In this document: in pieces, positions 49,859 through 60,287 of the stretch
How the letters are laid out: each line of letters opens with the position of its first letter
How positions within the stretch are numbered: the stretch's first letter is position 1
Assembly: GCA_036009775.1 (NCBI GenBank)
Contig: DASYLC010000160.1
Coordinates: 6,380-70,379, forward strand
DNA: 64,000 nucleotides
Source: Chitinophagaceae bacterium
GTDB lineage: Bacteria; Bacteroidota; Bacteroidia; Chitinophagales; Chitinophagaceae
Direction: 5' to 3'
The notes under the pieces: model-generated
What the model saw: the letters and a program-made list of their open reading frames with translations, nothing else
What the model was told of the DNA's origin: nothing
Database searches by the model: none
Made by a program: the position numbers and the translations under genes

Positions 49859-52072
49859 TTAAAACCATTGTACCAACGACGAGACCGGTGAGGGTGCGAT
49901 GGCATACGCTTCGCTGTTCTTTTTCAGCTCCTTCTTATCCGGCACCTTCCCGGTTCTTGTTTCTTTTTCTTTTTGATCCCGCAGTTCTTTTAGTTTTCTT
50001 TCGCTTTCTTCTTTCTTTCTTTCTTCCACGTCAATTTGTTTTTGAATGTCATTGTCCTTTATACTATCGTTATAACGGTAGTCATTCTTTTTTTCGGGGG
50101 AAACGGGAGCCGGCGATGTCGGGTCTGTTAATTGGCCGTCAGTGCCCATTACATAATCCACATTTGTTCTGTAACCGAAATCGTCATCATCCCAGTCTCT
50201 TCTGCGTCTGTCTTCCCACCTGTTCCTGTCACTAAAAGAAATATTGAATGTATGCAGTTTCTCTACCGAACCATCAAAGCGTATCTTTTTTCCTACCGGT
50301 ACCGCGATCTCCACGATGATCTCCTGTCCGCGGTATTTTGATTCCTTGTCGATCGTAATACTGCTGCCCAGGTCAAGTACACTATCCGAATAAGAAGCTG
50401 TAAAGATCATTTTCTGTGCACGATTATCCGCTTCGGCAATGGTCCTGCCCTTGCTGTATCTTCTTATTACCACATGGTAATTCTCATCGGGGCTTTTCTC
50501 TACATACCGGACCTTGATATTGGACAGCTTTAAAGAATCCTGGGTGATATCAAATCCTTCCCCGTCAAATTCGATCCAGGGCAGGGAGCCGCTGTATTCT
50601 ATTTCAGGCTCGCTTACTTTTACGATCATTTTATTATTCACGGGTTGGGTGATATTCATTTCCGCAGTATGCTTCTTATAATTGCTCTTGCTGAAATCCC
50701 TGCTAAGGCTCGCTCCGAAAAGGGAAACACTGACCCAGCCCAGGGCCCATAAACCTCCAAAGGTCCAGCCCAGGTAATTGCTCATTGATTTCACTTTCAT
50801 GATACGGCGGAGCAGCCATACAATAAACCCTATCAATGGAACGCCCAGGAATAATATTACGGTGCCCCATGCATAGATATTTTGCCAGAATCCGTCGATA
50901 ATGAAATTCTTTAAGGGCCAGACACCCGCACCACCGATCAATATGGCGATGAATCCGATGAACAATGCCAATGCGATCGATCCAAAAACGAATAAAAAGA
51001 AGGCTTTGAATAATACCCCGATGATATGACCTATGCCCCGGCCGCCATTACGGGCTGCTTCCCTGGCCTCATTTCCAAATTCACGGCCTCTTGTATTGGC
51101 GAATTCCTTTGCCTTTGTACTAAGATTCTGTGCAGATTCTTTTACCTCCTGTCCCCATTCCTTCATTCTTTCCTTCATACTATCCGAACCTTCCCGCACA
51201 TTCTGGCGGATACGGTTCACATCCACTTTTTCTCCCCGCATTTCCATCCGCTGGTATTCACTGGTAGCTTCCGGTAATACGATCCATAAAACGATATAGG
51301 CGACGATGAATGTTCCGGTCAGTGAGCCAAACACGATATTGGGAACAAAAGAACTCTCATGAAAGAAGCCCCGGTTCAAAATGCCAAACAGTATATTCAG
51401 CAGCATCGGCGCGGCAAATAATAAACGGATCGCCGTGGCGTTTTTGCCAAAATATGCCGCCAGACCACCGGCCACACCACTGATGATCTTATCATCGGGG
51501 TTGCGGTAAAAACGTTTGCCGGTATAATTATCAAGATCCCTGGGAGGTAAAACGATCCACAGGATAATATAGGCGATGAACCCGAAACCAAAACTTCCGA
51601 AACCGATAATGGCAAACAATATGCGAACAATAGCCGGGTCGATACCGATATAATTGGCGATACCGCTGCACACACCACCGATCAGTTTATCACTGCTGTC
51701 GCGGTAGAGTCTTGTCTTTTCTTTTTTACCATAGGTAAAGCCCGTATTGGTATTCGCACTGGTGCTTTGTTGTGAAGCAGAGGCGGATACAGAACTATTT
51801 TCTTTGTCTTCTGCTTCAAAATCTTCCACCGTACCCATCGATGCGATCACTTCATTCACATCGGCATCGGTTACCGCGGCAGCGCCCTTGCGTATCTTTT
51901 CATGCAACAGTTCCGCGATGCGGCTTTCAATATCATTGATGATCTCTTCGCGGCTTTCTTCGTTGGCAAAGTAGCGGCGCAAACTTTCCAGGTAGGCCTG
52001 CAGCTTGTCGTAAGCAGAGTCCTCTATCGGGACAACCCGGCCACTTAAGTTTATATTGATGATCTTTTTCAT
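49859..52072 (-). CDS. PspC-domain membrane protein (two PspC domains)
   Basis: MKKIININLSG N-domain; RLYRDSSDKLIGGVCSG and RFYRNPDDKIISGVAGG; YIVLWIVLPEA. Confidence 0.9.
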   Translation of the reverse strand: MKKIININLSGRVVPIEDSAYDKLQAYLESLRRYFANEESREEIINDIESRIAELLHEKIRKGAAAVTDADVNEVIASMGTVEDFEAEDKENSSVSASASQQSTSANTNTGFTYGKKEKTRLYRDSSDKLIGGVCSGIANYIGIDPAIVRILFAIIGFGSFGFGFIAYIILWIVLPPRDLDNYTGKRFYRNPDDKIISGVAGGLAAYFGKNATAIRLLFAAPMLLNILFGILNRGFFHESSFVPNIVFGSLTGTFIVAYIVLWIVLPEATSEYQRMEMRGEKVDVNRIRQNVREGSDSMKERMKEWGQEVKESAQNLSTKAKEFANTRGREFGNEAREAARNGGRGIGHIIGVLFKAFFLFVFGSIALALFIGFIAILIGGAGVWPLKNFIIDGFWQNIYAWGTVILFLGVPLIGFIVWLLRRIMKVKSMSNYLGWTFGGLWALGWVSVSLFGASLSRDFSKSNYKKHTAEMNITQPVNNKMIVKVSEPEIEYSGSLPWIEFDGEGFDITQDSLKLSNIKVRYVEKSPDENYHVVIRRYSKGRTIAEADNRAQKMIFTASYSDSVLDLGSSITIDKESKYRGQEIIVEIAVPVGKKIRFDGSVEKLHTFNISFSDRNRWEDRRRRDWDDDDFGYRTNVDYVMGTDGQLTDPTSPAPVSPEKKNDYRYNDSIKDNDIQKQIDVEERKKEESERKLKELRDQKEKETRTGKVPDKKELKKNSEAYAIAPSPVSSLVQWF

Positions 52073-52103
52073 GTTGTATAATTATTTGGTTGAAGTGCTG
52101 TTC

Positions 52104-52454
52104 TTAGTTGTTCAGAGGTTCATCGGATCTTTTATTCGCCAGGGCATTCACCCCATTGGATAACTCGAGCCAGGTCTGTTCGAGTTCCTGGTAGAAGCTG
52201 TTACCCTTCTCCGTCAGCGAAAAATATTTGCGGGGCGGTCCCGAATTACTTTCCACCCAACGATAGGTCAGCATCTCTGCATTTTTTAACCGGGTCAACA
52301 AAGGGTACAATGTGCCTTCCAGGATCTGGAGATTGGCCGCTCTCATCTCTTCCACGATATCACTCGGGTAAGCCTCCCCTCTGCGGATGATGGAAAGAAT
52401 GCAGAATTCGAGTATCCCTTTCCGCATCTGGCTTTGTGTATTTTCAATATTCAT
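52104..52454 (-). CDS. PadR family transcriptional regulator
   Basis: QMRKGILE, EGTLYPLLTRL, GPPRKYF.LT. Confidence 0.95.
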   Translation of the reverse strand: MNIENTQSQMRKGILEFCILSIIRRGEAYPSDIVEEMRAANLQILEGTLYPLLTRLKNAEMLTYRWVESNSGPPRKYFSLTEKGNSFYQELEQTWLELSNGVNALANKRSDEPLNN

Positions 52455-52544
52455 ATTTTCCGGGAAGTAGGGTTTGGCAAGAAGCGAGTGGATCTTAAAA
52501 TCTCTTTATCCCATTTTCCACCCGCAATTTCCTACTTGCTGAAG

Positions 52545-52585
52545 CAAAGATAGGGTGATATTTGGTACTATGCAACACAAAGTAC
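52545..52585 (-). promoter_or_regulatory. padR promoter (-7 box) with palindromic operator
   Basis: TATCTTTG on the minus strand at 52552-52545; GTACTATGCAACACAAAGTAC inverted repeat at 52565-52585. Confidence 0.65.
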
Positions 52586-52756
52586 TTCCTTTTTTATAGT
52601 ATTCGGCTAAGATTTTCCTGTAAATTTGGCTGTAATCCACTACAGTATTGGATTTTTCCTGATCAATCCCCGGATCTAATTCCTTTTCCTGATTTGATAA
52701 ATGGCCAAAAAAGAGGACGACAGGCCGGTTTTGGGCGTTTTGGATTACTTTGCCGC

Positions 52757-53779
52757 ATGCGTCACCCTCTTTTTTTACTGGTCCTGGTCTGTTTCTCTTC
52801 CTGTTCCAGGTACAATAGCTTGAGGTCGAAATACCAGTTTAAAAGCCCGGATGGCAACCCGGACTACAGCGATCTGAATTACTGGGCCGCCCATCCCGGG
52901 AAATGGGATCCGTCGGACAGCATCCCTGCTCCATTAATGCATGAACCGGTTGATTCGATGGTGGATGTTTTCTTTTTACATCCTACCACGTACACGAGTA
53001 AACGAAGAATGAAAGGCTCCAATGCGGCGATCGATGACGATTATACCAATGCAAAAACAGATTACTCCACTATATTATACCAGGCCAGTGTGTTCAATGG
53101 TCAATGCAGGGTCTTTGCACCACGATACCGGCAAGCGCATATCACCAGTTTCTTTTCAAAGAATAAAGAAAGAGTGGAAACAACTTTTGAACTTGCCTAC
53201 CAGGATCTGAAAATAGCTTTTGAATATTACATGCACAACTGGAACGGTGGCAGGCCGCTGATCATCGCTGCACATAGCCAGGGCAGCATGTTGGCGGAAA
53301 GATTATTGAAAGAGTATTTCGATGACGGGTCAAGCCGGCTGAAAAACAAACTGGTTGTTGCCTATATTCTTGGCTGGGGAATTCCCAAAGATTATTTTAA
53401 CTCGCTGCCGGTTTGTACAGATTCCCTGCAAACAGGATGCATTTGCGGGTGGCGCACACTCCGCAAAGGATTTGTGCCCCGTTACCTGAAAAAGGAAAAC
53501 GGGAATTCCTGGGTCACCAACCCGCTTAGCTGGACAACAACCAATGATCATGCATCCCGCGATCTCAACAAAGGAAGCGTGCTGACCAATTTCAATAAGA
53601 TATATACCCGGACCACGGATGCCCGGATCAGTAATGGTGTGTTATCTGTGAAAAAGCCCAAATTCCCGGGGAGTTTCTTTTACTTTACCCGGAATTATCA
53701 TATCGGTGATATAAACCTGTATTACCTGAATATGCGGGAGAATATAGCGAGACGAATTGCCATGTACTGGAAGAAATAA
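52757..53779 (+). CDS. DUF3089 alpha/beta-hydrolase lipoprotein
   Basis: Lipobox FSSC; DVFFLHPTTY, FAPRYRQA, AHSQG nucleophile elbow, YHIGD. Confidence 0.85.
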   Translation: MRHPLFLLVLVCFSSCSRYNSLRSKYQFKSPDGNPDYSDLNYWAAHPGKWDPSDSIPAPLMHEPVDSMVDVFFLHPTTYTSKRRMKGSNAAIDDDYTNAKTDYSTILYQASVFNGQCRVFAPRYRQAHITSFFSKNKERVETTFELAYQDLKIAFEYYMHNWNGGRPLIIAAHSQGSMLAERLLKEYFDDGSSRLKNKLVVAYILGWGIPKDYFNSLPVCTDSLQTGCICGWRTLRKGFVPRYLKKENGNSWVTNPLSWTTTNDHASRDLNKGSVLTNFNKIYTRTTDARISNGVLSVKKPKFPGSFFYFTRNYHIGDINLYYLNMRENIARRIAMYWKK

Positions 53780-53790
53780 CCAACATAGAC

Positions 53791-55428
53791 ATGCGAAAGA
53801 TTGTATTGACATGCCGGCATTTACTATCCTTAAGAAGCACCACGATCATTATCCTTCTTATATCTGTCGTTGCAAAGATCGTTTTACAACTGTCTATATT
53901 CAGCATCTCGGGAGATAAATTAATCCAGCTGGTAGCTGCGCAAAATCTTTTAGAGGGCAATGGCATCACAATAAGCCACCTGGGGCTGGACAATTTAACA
54001 GCAGAAACCTATACTCCCCTGATGGGCTGGCCACCCGGGTATTCATTGGCGATGGCTCCCCTGCTCTGGATATTCGGGAATGATTATGTAAACGCTGCGA
54101 TTTTTTTTGACCTTCTTTGTGTCTTTCCATTTTTCCTTTTTTTGATCCGGTTGCTGGATCTTTTAAACCTGGAAAGATGGATAAAAAATCTGTTCATATT
54201 GTTTACCGGGCTTTTCTTATACCCGGTTGGCTCCGGCTCGTCCACCGATTTCATCGCCCTCACCTGTATCCTCGCGGGTTTTTATTACCTGCTGCGATTT
54301 ATGAATAACAATGGCCAAGCCACCCGCTTACTGTTTTTTGCAAGCCTTGCATTCTTCCTGGCCGCTCTTTTCCGGTACAATTATATTCCCGTCTCTTTTT
54401 GTTGTTGCATCCTTCTTGTCGTTGCCGGGTATTTTAACCGGAACAAAACCTGGACCAGGGGCGGTTGGAAGCTGGCATTGTTTTCAGGACCGCTGCTTTT
54501 TTTGCTCCTGGCCTTCCAGCATTTTTATACCGGCTCCGCAACCTATATCAATACACCGGCAACAGGATTTTACCCGGAAAATATTTTAAAAATGTACCCG
54601 CTTGCTCTTTCCAGCATAACGGATGTACAGACCTTCCTGTCCTTCATTTCAAATCATACCGGGAATTATGATGTATACGGGAATATCCTTTTTTATACCA
54701 GCCATATCATTTCTATCGCCTTATTTATCTATGCCCTGTTTTACCTGGTACGTCAAAAAAAATTGGTTCTGAAAAACAAAGAAGACCATTTCCTTTATAC
54801 CGGACTGGGAATAAGCATTTGTATCACAGCATTGCTCATCTACTTTTCCATCCGTAACTCAGCCTATTTTTCTGCATCCTCCCGCTGGACATACGTTGAA
54901 GAACAGAGATACTATATTTTTATAGTTGTTTTTATACAGCTCTGTGTTTTTGTTTTTCTGTTTAACAGGTTTACTCTCCTTTCCCTGTTCTGGAAACGGG
55001 TTACTTATATTTGTATCATCCTGATGATACTGGGATCCGCACACAAGATTTTTTACGTGGGAAAGACATTGATCGCGTCGGGCCCCTCTTTTGCTATTTC
55101 AAACCCATACAAAAGGATCGCGGTTCCGGTGACGGGTATGTTTGAAGAGATAAAGAACAAATACCCGGAGCACGCGATCATTGTAGCGTCCCGAGATAAT
55201 GATATTTGTAATTATGCACGACTTGAAAAGATCAGGGTTCTCCCGGCGATCCCTCCCGCAGGTTTTGTACAACCCGGTTCCTTACCCAGGCCAATAAAAT
55301 TTATCGTCGTTATTCCCAAACCAGTTGTTGCTCAGGGGAGCCTGCCAGCCTATTTATCTGCTCATTACTACTCCCAAACTCAAAATCATTATTTTTATAT
55401 CCTGGATGCTTCCCTCTCCGAACGATAA
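53791..55428 (+). CDS. Polytopic membrane protein, probable GT-C glycosyltransferase
   Basis: About 12 TM segments; GD..Q...A.NLL, WPPGYS, FRY, QRY motifs typical of ArnT/PMT-like proteins. Confidence 0.6.
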   Translation: MRKIVLTCRHLLSLRSTTIIILLISVVAKIVLQLSIFSISGDKLIQLVAAQNLLEGNGITISHLGLDNLTAETYTPLMGWPPGYSLAMAPLLWIFGNDYVNAAIFFDLLCVFPFFLFLIRLLDLLNLERWIKNLFILFTGLFLYPVGSGSSTDFIALTCILAGFYYLLRFMNNNGQATRLLFFASLAFFLAALFRYNYIPVSFCCCILLVVAGYFNRNKTWTRGGWKLALFSGPLLFLLLAFQHFYTGSATYINTPATGFYPENILKMYPLALSSITDVQTFLSFISNHTGNYDVYGNILFYTSHIISIALFIYALFYLVRQKKLVLKNKEDHFLYTGLGISICITALLIYFSIRNSAYFSASSRWTYVEEQRYYIFIVVFIQLCVFVFLFNRFTLLSLFWKRVTYICIILMILGSAHKIFYVGKTLIASGPSFAISNPYKRIAVPVTGMFEEIKNKYPEHAIIVASRDNDICNYARLEKIRVLPAIPPAGFVQPGSLPRPIKFIVVIPKPVVAQGSLPAYLSAHYYSQTQNHYFYILDASLSER

Positions 55429-56098
55429 TATTTTCATTGTTCTTCCCGCTTATAATGAAAAAAAAGAAGTCCTTGAACAAACGGTGACCAGCCTGCTCCG
55501 CAATTCATACAACATTGTTGTGGTGGATGATGGTTCTTGCCAAAAAATAAGTTTACCCGGGCATACCCATCTTTTTTTATTACGTCATCGCGTAAATCTC
55601 GGGCAGGGAGCCGCACTTCAAACAGGGATCAAATATGCTATTCAAAAAGGAGCCTGCTTTATTGTGACCTTCGACAGTGATGGCCAGCACGACCCCGGTG
55701 ACCTTCCCGCTATGCTTGCTCCCTTACAAAATGAACCGGTGGATATCACATTGGGTTCCCGTTTTATAAAGAAAGGAAGTCATAACGCTACAACGGGTCG
55801 CCGGCTGGTATTAAAAGCAGGCCGGCTGGTGAATTATTTTTTTACAGGTCTTTATCTCTCTGATTCGCATAATGGTTTCAGGGCGATGACCCGTATGACA
55901 GCTGAAAAAATGATCATTACAGAAAACGGGATGGCCCATGCCACCGAGATGCTGCTGGTGATAAAGAAAAATAAATTAAAATTCAGGGAGATTCCCGTAA
56001 CCATCTTGTATACTGACTATTCAAGAAAAAAAGGGCAATCCGTGTTCAACAGTATCAGAATATTTTTTGATCTACTTTTACATAAACTGTTTCAATGA
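55406..56098 (+). CDS. GT2 polyprenol-phosphate glycosyltransferase (DPM1/GacI/PpgS-like)
   Basis: PAYNE, VVDDGS, NLGQGAALQTG, TFDSDGQH, GSRF, DSHNGFRA. Confidence 0.9.
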   Translation: MLPSPNDNIFIVLPAYNEKKEVLEQTVTSLLRNSYNIVVVDDGSCQKISLPGHTHLFLLRHRVNLGQGAALQTGIKYAIQKGACFIVTFDSDGQHDPGDLPAMLAPLQNEPVDITLGSRFIKKGSHNATTGRRLVLKAGRLVNYFFTGLYLSDSHNGFRAMTRMTAEKMIITENGMAHATEMLLVIKKNKLKFREIPVTILYTDYSRKKGQSVFNSIRIFFDLLLHKLFQ

Positions 56099-56427
56099 AC
56101 GGCATTAAAATATTACTGATCACGGGGGTAGCATTTATTGCTGTTTATTTTTTTATCCGCCTGCGGAATAGTCTTTTTGATATCCTTCTTTTGTTGTTGC
56201 TGATCGCCGCCGCCATTGTTTTTATTCTTTTCCCCGAAACGACCAATGATCTCGCTCATAAACTGGGAGTAGGGCGGGGGGCCGATCTTGTCTTTTATAC
56301 CAGCATTCTTATTTTTTGGTTTGTGATACTGAAGTTATATGCCCGTATCCGGAAACTGGAGCAAACCATTACGTTATTGGTCCGGAAAAACGCTATTGAT
56401 GAAGCCGATAATTCTGTAAATGAGTAG
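56095..56427 (+). CDS. DUF2304 family small membrane protein
   Basis: FPE...LAHKLGVGRGADLVFY...LEQTITLLVR..A. Confidence 0.85.
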   Translation: MNGIKILLITGVAFIAVYFFIRLRNSLFDILLLLLLIAAAIVFILFPETTNDLAHKLGVGRGADLVFYTSILIFWFVILKLYARIRKLEQTITLLVRKNAIDEADNSVNE

Positions 56428-57151
56428 TTCCACTTCAAGCCTTGAACGCCTGTATCCTGGTAATTCCGAGCAAGCTGAAAGGATCGCGGGAAATGATACT
56501 TACCAATTGCACCTGGAGCGATATCGCTTTGCCGGAGAGCATCTTGCACCCGGGCTTATCGGTGATATTGCCTGCGGAGCTGGTTATGGCTGTCACTTAC
56601 TTGTGACCGAATATGGAGACAAAATAGAAACGCTCACAGGCGTGGACAACAGTGCTGAAGCGATAAAATATGCAAAAGAAGCATATACGCATCCGCTTAT
56701 TGATTTTCAACTGTTTGATGCTATGGAATTTCGTCCCACGGTTCCATTCAGCACGATAATCAGTCTCGAAACCATTGAACACCTCGAAAAACCGGCAGCA
56801 TTTATTGCACATATGGTAGCGCAACTAAAGACCGGTGGTCGCTTTATCGCATCGGCACCCGTTACGCCATCAATGGATGCCAACCCCTATCATTTACAGG
56901 ATTTCACTCCGCGTACTTTTAAAAAACTTTTCACAGCCGCAGGCTTAGTGGAATTGCAGTCGATGATGCAGATACAACCTTACAAACCTTTTAAGTTATT
57001 TGGCAAGAAAAAAGGAAGGGTAGAGCATCTCCGGAAAGGACTTGCCGGTTATTATTTAAAACACCCGGGTAAATTCTGGCTACGTATCAGGTCGCTTTTA
57101 ACCGATGGGTTTACGAACAAGTACCTATTGGTTGTTTTTGAAAAAAGATAA
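56420..57151 (+). CDS. Class I SAM-dependent methyltransferase
   Basis: HLERYRFA, DIACGAGYG, SLETIEH, NPYH. Confidence 0.88.
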   Translation: MSSSTSSLERLYPGNSEQAERIAGNDTYQLHLERYRFAGEHLAPGLIGDIACGAGYGCHLLVTEYGDKIETLTGVDNSAEAIKYAKEAYTHPLIDFQLFDAMEFRPTVPFSTIISLETIEHLEKPAAFIAHMVAQLKTGGRFIASAPVTPSMDANPYHLQDFTPRTFKKLFTAAGLVELQSMMQIQPYKPFKLFGKKKGRVEHLRKGLAGYYLKHPGKFWLRIRSLLTDGFTNKYLLVVFEKR

Positions 57152-57161
57152 ATTCACTTGT

Positions 57162-57989
57162 ATGTCTTATAGCTGTAAGGTCTGTCATAGTGAAAATGTA
57201 AAAAAGCGGTTTGCTAAAAAAGACCTTACCTATTATACATGCGGGAACTGCGGCCAGGTATTTTTAATAAATACCACGAATCCCAATTATGACAACTTAT
57301 TAAGTGATTTTGAACCCGCTTACCTTTCTTATTTCAACGAAAGTCCCGCAGACACCCTTAACCATCACCAGTTATTAAACTGGATAAAGAAGTATGTACC
57401 CGGCAAAGAAAAAAGCTTGCTGGATATAGGCTCCGGCAGCGGCTCTTTTGTCCGGTTTCTCCGTAGGGAGGGGTTAAATGCGCAAGGAGTAGAACCTTCA
57501 GCTGCATTATTTGATCACTTCTTAAAACAGGATGCTTTTTTTACACAGGCTACCCCTGAAAAATTTGCTGAAACGAGCAAAGAGCATTTATTTGATATAA
57601 TAACAGCCATTGATGTGATAGAACACGCAGAATATCCTGCTTCCTTTTTAAAAAGCCTGCATTCCTTGCTAAAAGTGGGAGGCTACCTGTTTATCTCGAC
57701 CCCGGATATCTCAAGCCTGCACCAACGGCTGACCGGAAAACGCTGGCATTACTATAATCGTTACCACTTTTCCCTGTTTTCAAAAAAAACATTACTCGCT
57801 CTTGCCGGGAGGACCGGCTTTGTTTGTAGGGAGGCAAAATATCAGGGGCGTTATTTTACAGTAAGCTATCTTTCAAAATATTTTCGCAATTTTTTATTGG
57901 GAAAGAAAAAGGCGAACACATCCGCTTCCAATAAATGCATCCGGTTGAATTTGTTTGACACCCGTTATTTTGTCTTTGAAAAAAAATGA
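57162..57989 (+). CDS. Class I SAM-dependent methyltransferase with N-terminal Zn ribbon
   Basis: CKVC..CGNC, LDIGSGSG, DVIEH, ISTPD. Confidence 0.88.
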   Translation: MSYSCKVCHSENVKKRFAKKDLTYYTCGNCGQVFLINTTNPNYDNLLSDFEPAYLSYFNESPADTLNHHQLLNWIKKYVPGKEKSLLDIGSGSGSFVRFLRREGLNAQGVEPSAALFDHFLKQDAFFTQATPEKFAETSKEHLFDIITAIDVIEHAEYPASFLKSLHSLLKVGGYLFISTPDISSLHQRLTGKRWHYYNRYHFSLFSKKTLLALAGRTGFVCREAKYQGRYFTVSYLSKYFRNFLLGKKKANTSASNKCIRLNLFDTRYFVFEKK

Positions 57990-58541
57990 TCAGTCCCTTT
58001 TTTGGAGCCACTCCGATTCTTCCGGGCTGAGTTTAACGATCGCATATTTTTTCACCCGGCTGATCGTGGTTTCATCCAGCACATCCACCACTGTTTTATA
58101 GGAAGCGGTTCGTGCCGGTTTGATCAGCAGCATCAGTCCATCCCGGCCCTCCTTGTGCTGCTGCGTGATATCAAGCAGTTTTTGTTTGTTCATAATGATT
58201 TTCCGCAAGTCATATTCACCGGCAAGATTTGTTTCCAGTATACTGTCTGATTCAATGGCATGGTCCCAGTCGCCGTTGTAATAGTATATCTTATTATCCC
58301 CGATCATGACGGTCAGTGCATCTGATGTTCTCAGTTCTATGGGCGGCCCGTCTTTCGGCATATACAGGGGAGTGGTCGTAGGTTTTGCCAGTTCCGTTGT
58401 CATTACAAAAAAGCTGATCAGCAGGAAACCGAGGTCCACCATAGGTGTCATATCCACTTTGAGAGAATGTTTGCTTATTCGTTGCACACCCGCTCTCTTT
58501 CGTGTACCTGAACTTTCATTATTGGAATTCATGACTGTCAT
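57990..58541 (-). CDS. exbD: Biopolymer transport protein ExbD/TolR family
   Basis: VDMTPMVDLGFLLISFFVMTT; IKP...SY..VVDVLDE. Confidence 0.85.
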   Translation of the reverse strand: MTVMNSNNESSGTRKRAGVQRISKHSLKVDMTPMVDLGFLLISFFVMTTELAKPTTTPLYMPKDGPPIELRTSDALTVMIGDNKIYYYNGDWDHAIESDSILETNLAGEYDLRKIIMNKQKLLDITQQHKEGRDGLMLLIKPARTASYKTVVDVLDETTISRVKKYAIVKLSPEESEWLQKRD

Positions 58542-58658
58542 AAGCGTGATTTGTCTATAAGATACACCCGGGGAATAAATCCATATGATCAGTAAAACAA
58601 AAGAGGGATCTGAACGACCCCTCCTTTAACTCTTTCAACTCTTTTTAGCCTCTTAGGA

Positions 58659-60098
58659 TTAAAATTCAGCACTCCCCGGTGTCCTCGGAAAAGCTATCAC
58701 GTCCCGGATATTCGTCATGCCTGTTACAAATAATACCATCCGCTCAAAACCCAATCCAAACCCGGCATGCGGAACAGTTCCAAATCTTCGTGTATCAAGA
58801 TACCACCAGAGTTCTTCTTCGGGGATATTCATTTCTTTCATCCGGTCCAGTAACTGATCAAACCGTTCTTCCCGCTGGCTTCCACCCACGATCTCGCCGA
58901 TCCCCGGTGCCAGGATATCCATCGCGGCCACTGTTTTTCCATCTTCGTTCTGCCGCATATAAAAGGCCTTGATCTCTTTCGGGTAATTGGAAAGGATCAC
59001 GGGTTTCTTAAAATGTTTTTCTACCAGGTATCGTTCATGTTCGCTCTGCAGATCCATGCCCCAGCCGGTGATGGGGTATTGAAATTTCTTTTTCTTGTTA
59101 TGATTGCTCTCCCGTAAGATATCGATCGCTTCCGTGTACGTGATGCGTTCAAAATTATTATTGAGAATGAATTCCAGTTTTTCTATCAACCCCATTTCAC
59201 TTCGCTTATCCTGTGGCAATTGTTTCTCTTCCTCAGCCAGGCGTTGCGCCAGGAATTCAAGATCTTCCCGGTTCTTATCCATTGCGTATTTGATGATATA
59301 CTTGATGAATTCTTCCGCGAGATTCATATTGTCTTCAAGATCAGAGAACGCCATTTCGGGTTCGATCATCCAGAACTCCGCGAGATGCCTTGTCGTATTA
59401 CTGTTCTCAGCCCGGAATGTAGGTCCGAATGTATAGATATCGCCAAAGGCAGTAGCACCCAGCTCTCCTTCCAGTTGCCCGCTCACCGTTAAGTTGGTAG
59501 CTTTTCCAAAAAAGTCTTCTTTGAAATTCACATTCCCTTTTTCATCTCTGGGTGTCTGGTCAAAAGGAAGTGTGGTGACCTTGAACATTTCACCCGCACC
59601 TTCCGCGTCACTGGCCGTAATGATCGGGGTATGCATATACACAAACCCTTTATCATTAAAGAACTGGTGAATAGCAAAGGAAAGGGCATGACGTACCCGA
59701 AACACGGAACCAAACGTATTGGTACGAAAACGCAGGTGTGCTATCTCTCTTAAAAATTCAAGGCTATGCTTCTTTGGCTGCAGGGGATAGATCTCTGCGT
59801 CGCTGTCTCCGAGTATCTCGATCTCCGTTGCTTTCAGGTCCATTTTTTGTCCCTTACCCAGTGAAGGGATCACAGTTCCTGTCACTTTCAAAGAGGCCGA
59901 TGTGGTTATGCGTTTCAACAGTTCATCTTCCAGGCTCCCCAGTTCCACCACTACCTGTATATTATTATTGGTACTGCCATCGTTCAGCGCTATGAACTGG
60001 TTATTGCGAAAGGTGCGCACCCATCCCATTACCGTTACCTCCTGTCCTGCCGGTTCCTGCGCCAGCAGCTCTTTGATCTTGATTCGTTTGTTGAACAT
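58659..60098 (-). CDS. asnS: Asparagine--tRNA ligase
   Basis: [54 protein letters not shown]. Confidence 0.97.
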   Translation of the reverse strand: MFNKRIKIKELLAQEPAGQEVTVMGWVRTFRNNQFIALNDGSTNNNIQVVVELGSLEDELLKRITTSASLKVTGTVIPSLGKGQKMDLKATEIEILGDSDAEIYPLQPKKHSLEFLREIAHLRFRTNTFGSVFRVRHALSFAIHQFFNDKGFVYMHTPIITASDAEGAGEMFKVTTLPFDQTPRDEKGNVNFKEDFFGKATNLTVSGQLEGELGATAFGDIYTFGPTFRAENSNTTRHLAEFWMIEPEMAFSDLEDNMNLAEEFIKYIIKYAMDKNREDLEFLAQRLAEEEKQLPQDKRSEMGLIEKLEFILNNNFERITYTEAIDILRESNHNKKKKFQYPITGWGMDLQSEHERYLVEKHFKKPVILSNYPKEIKAFYMRQNEDGKTVAAMDILAPGIGEIVGGSQREERFDQLLDRMKEMNIPEEELWWYLDTRRFGTVPHAGFGLGFERMVLFVTGMTNIRDVIAFPRTPGSAEF

Positions 60099-60257
60099 CG
60101 TTCGATTTTAAGGAGGGCAAAGATAATTAATAGGAGATGACCCGGTCACCTAGCTTTTATAACGGTTTTATAAGATCGGCGCCGCATTCATTATCCCTTA
60201 CAGGTTGAGGAAATTAGGCCCGGTTGGGCTTTTCGGCTGGTTCTGAAGGCAAAAATT

Positions 60258-60287
60258 TTTGATTTTCCCCCTTTTACCGTATACTTG
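60258..60287 (+). promoter_or_regulatory. rho promoter (-33/-7)
   Basis: TTTG (60258) - 18 nt - TATACTTG (60280); about 135-nt leader follows. Confidence 0.5.

Noticed and set aside
49627-50235. 202-aa + strand ORF
   Set aside because: Antisense to the PspC and DUF4440 genes; composition mirrors the opposite strand
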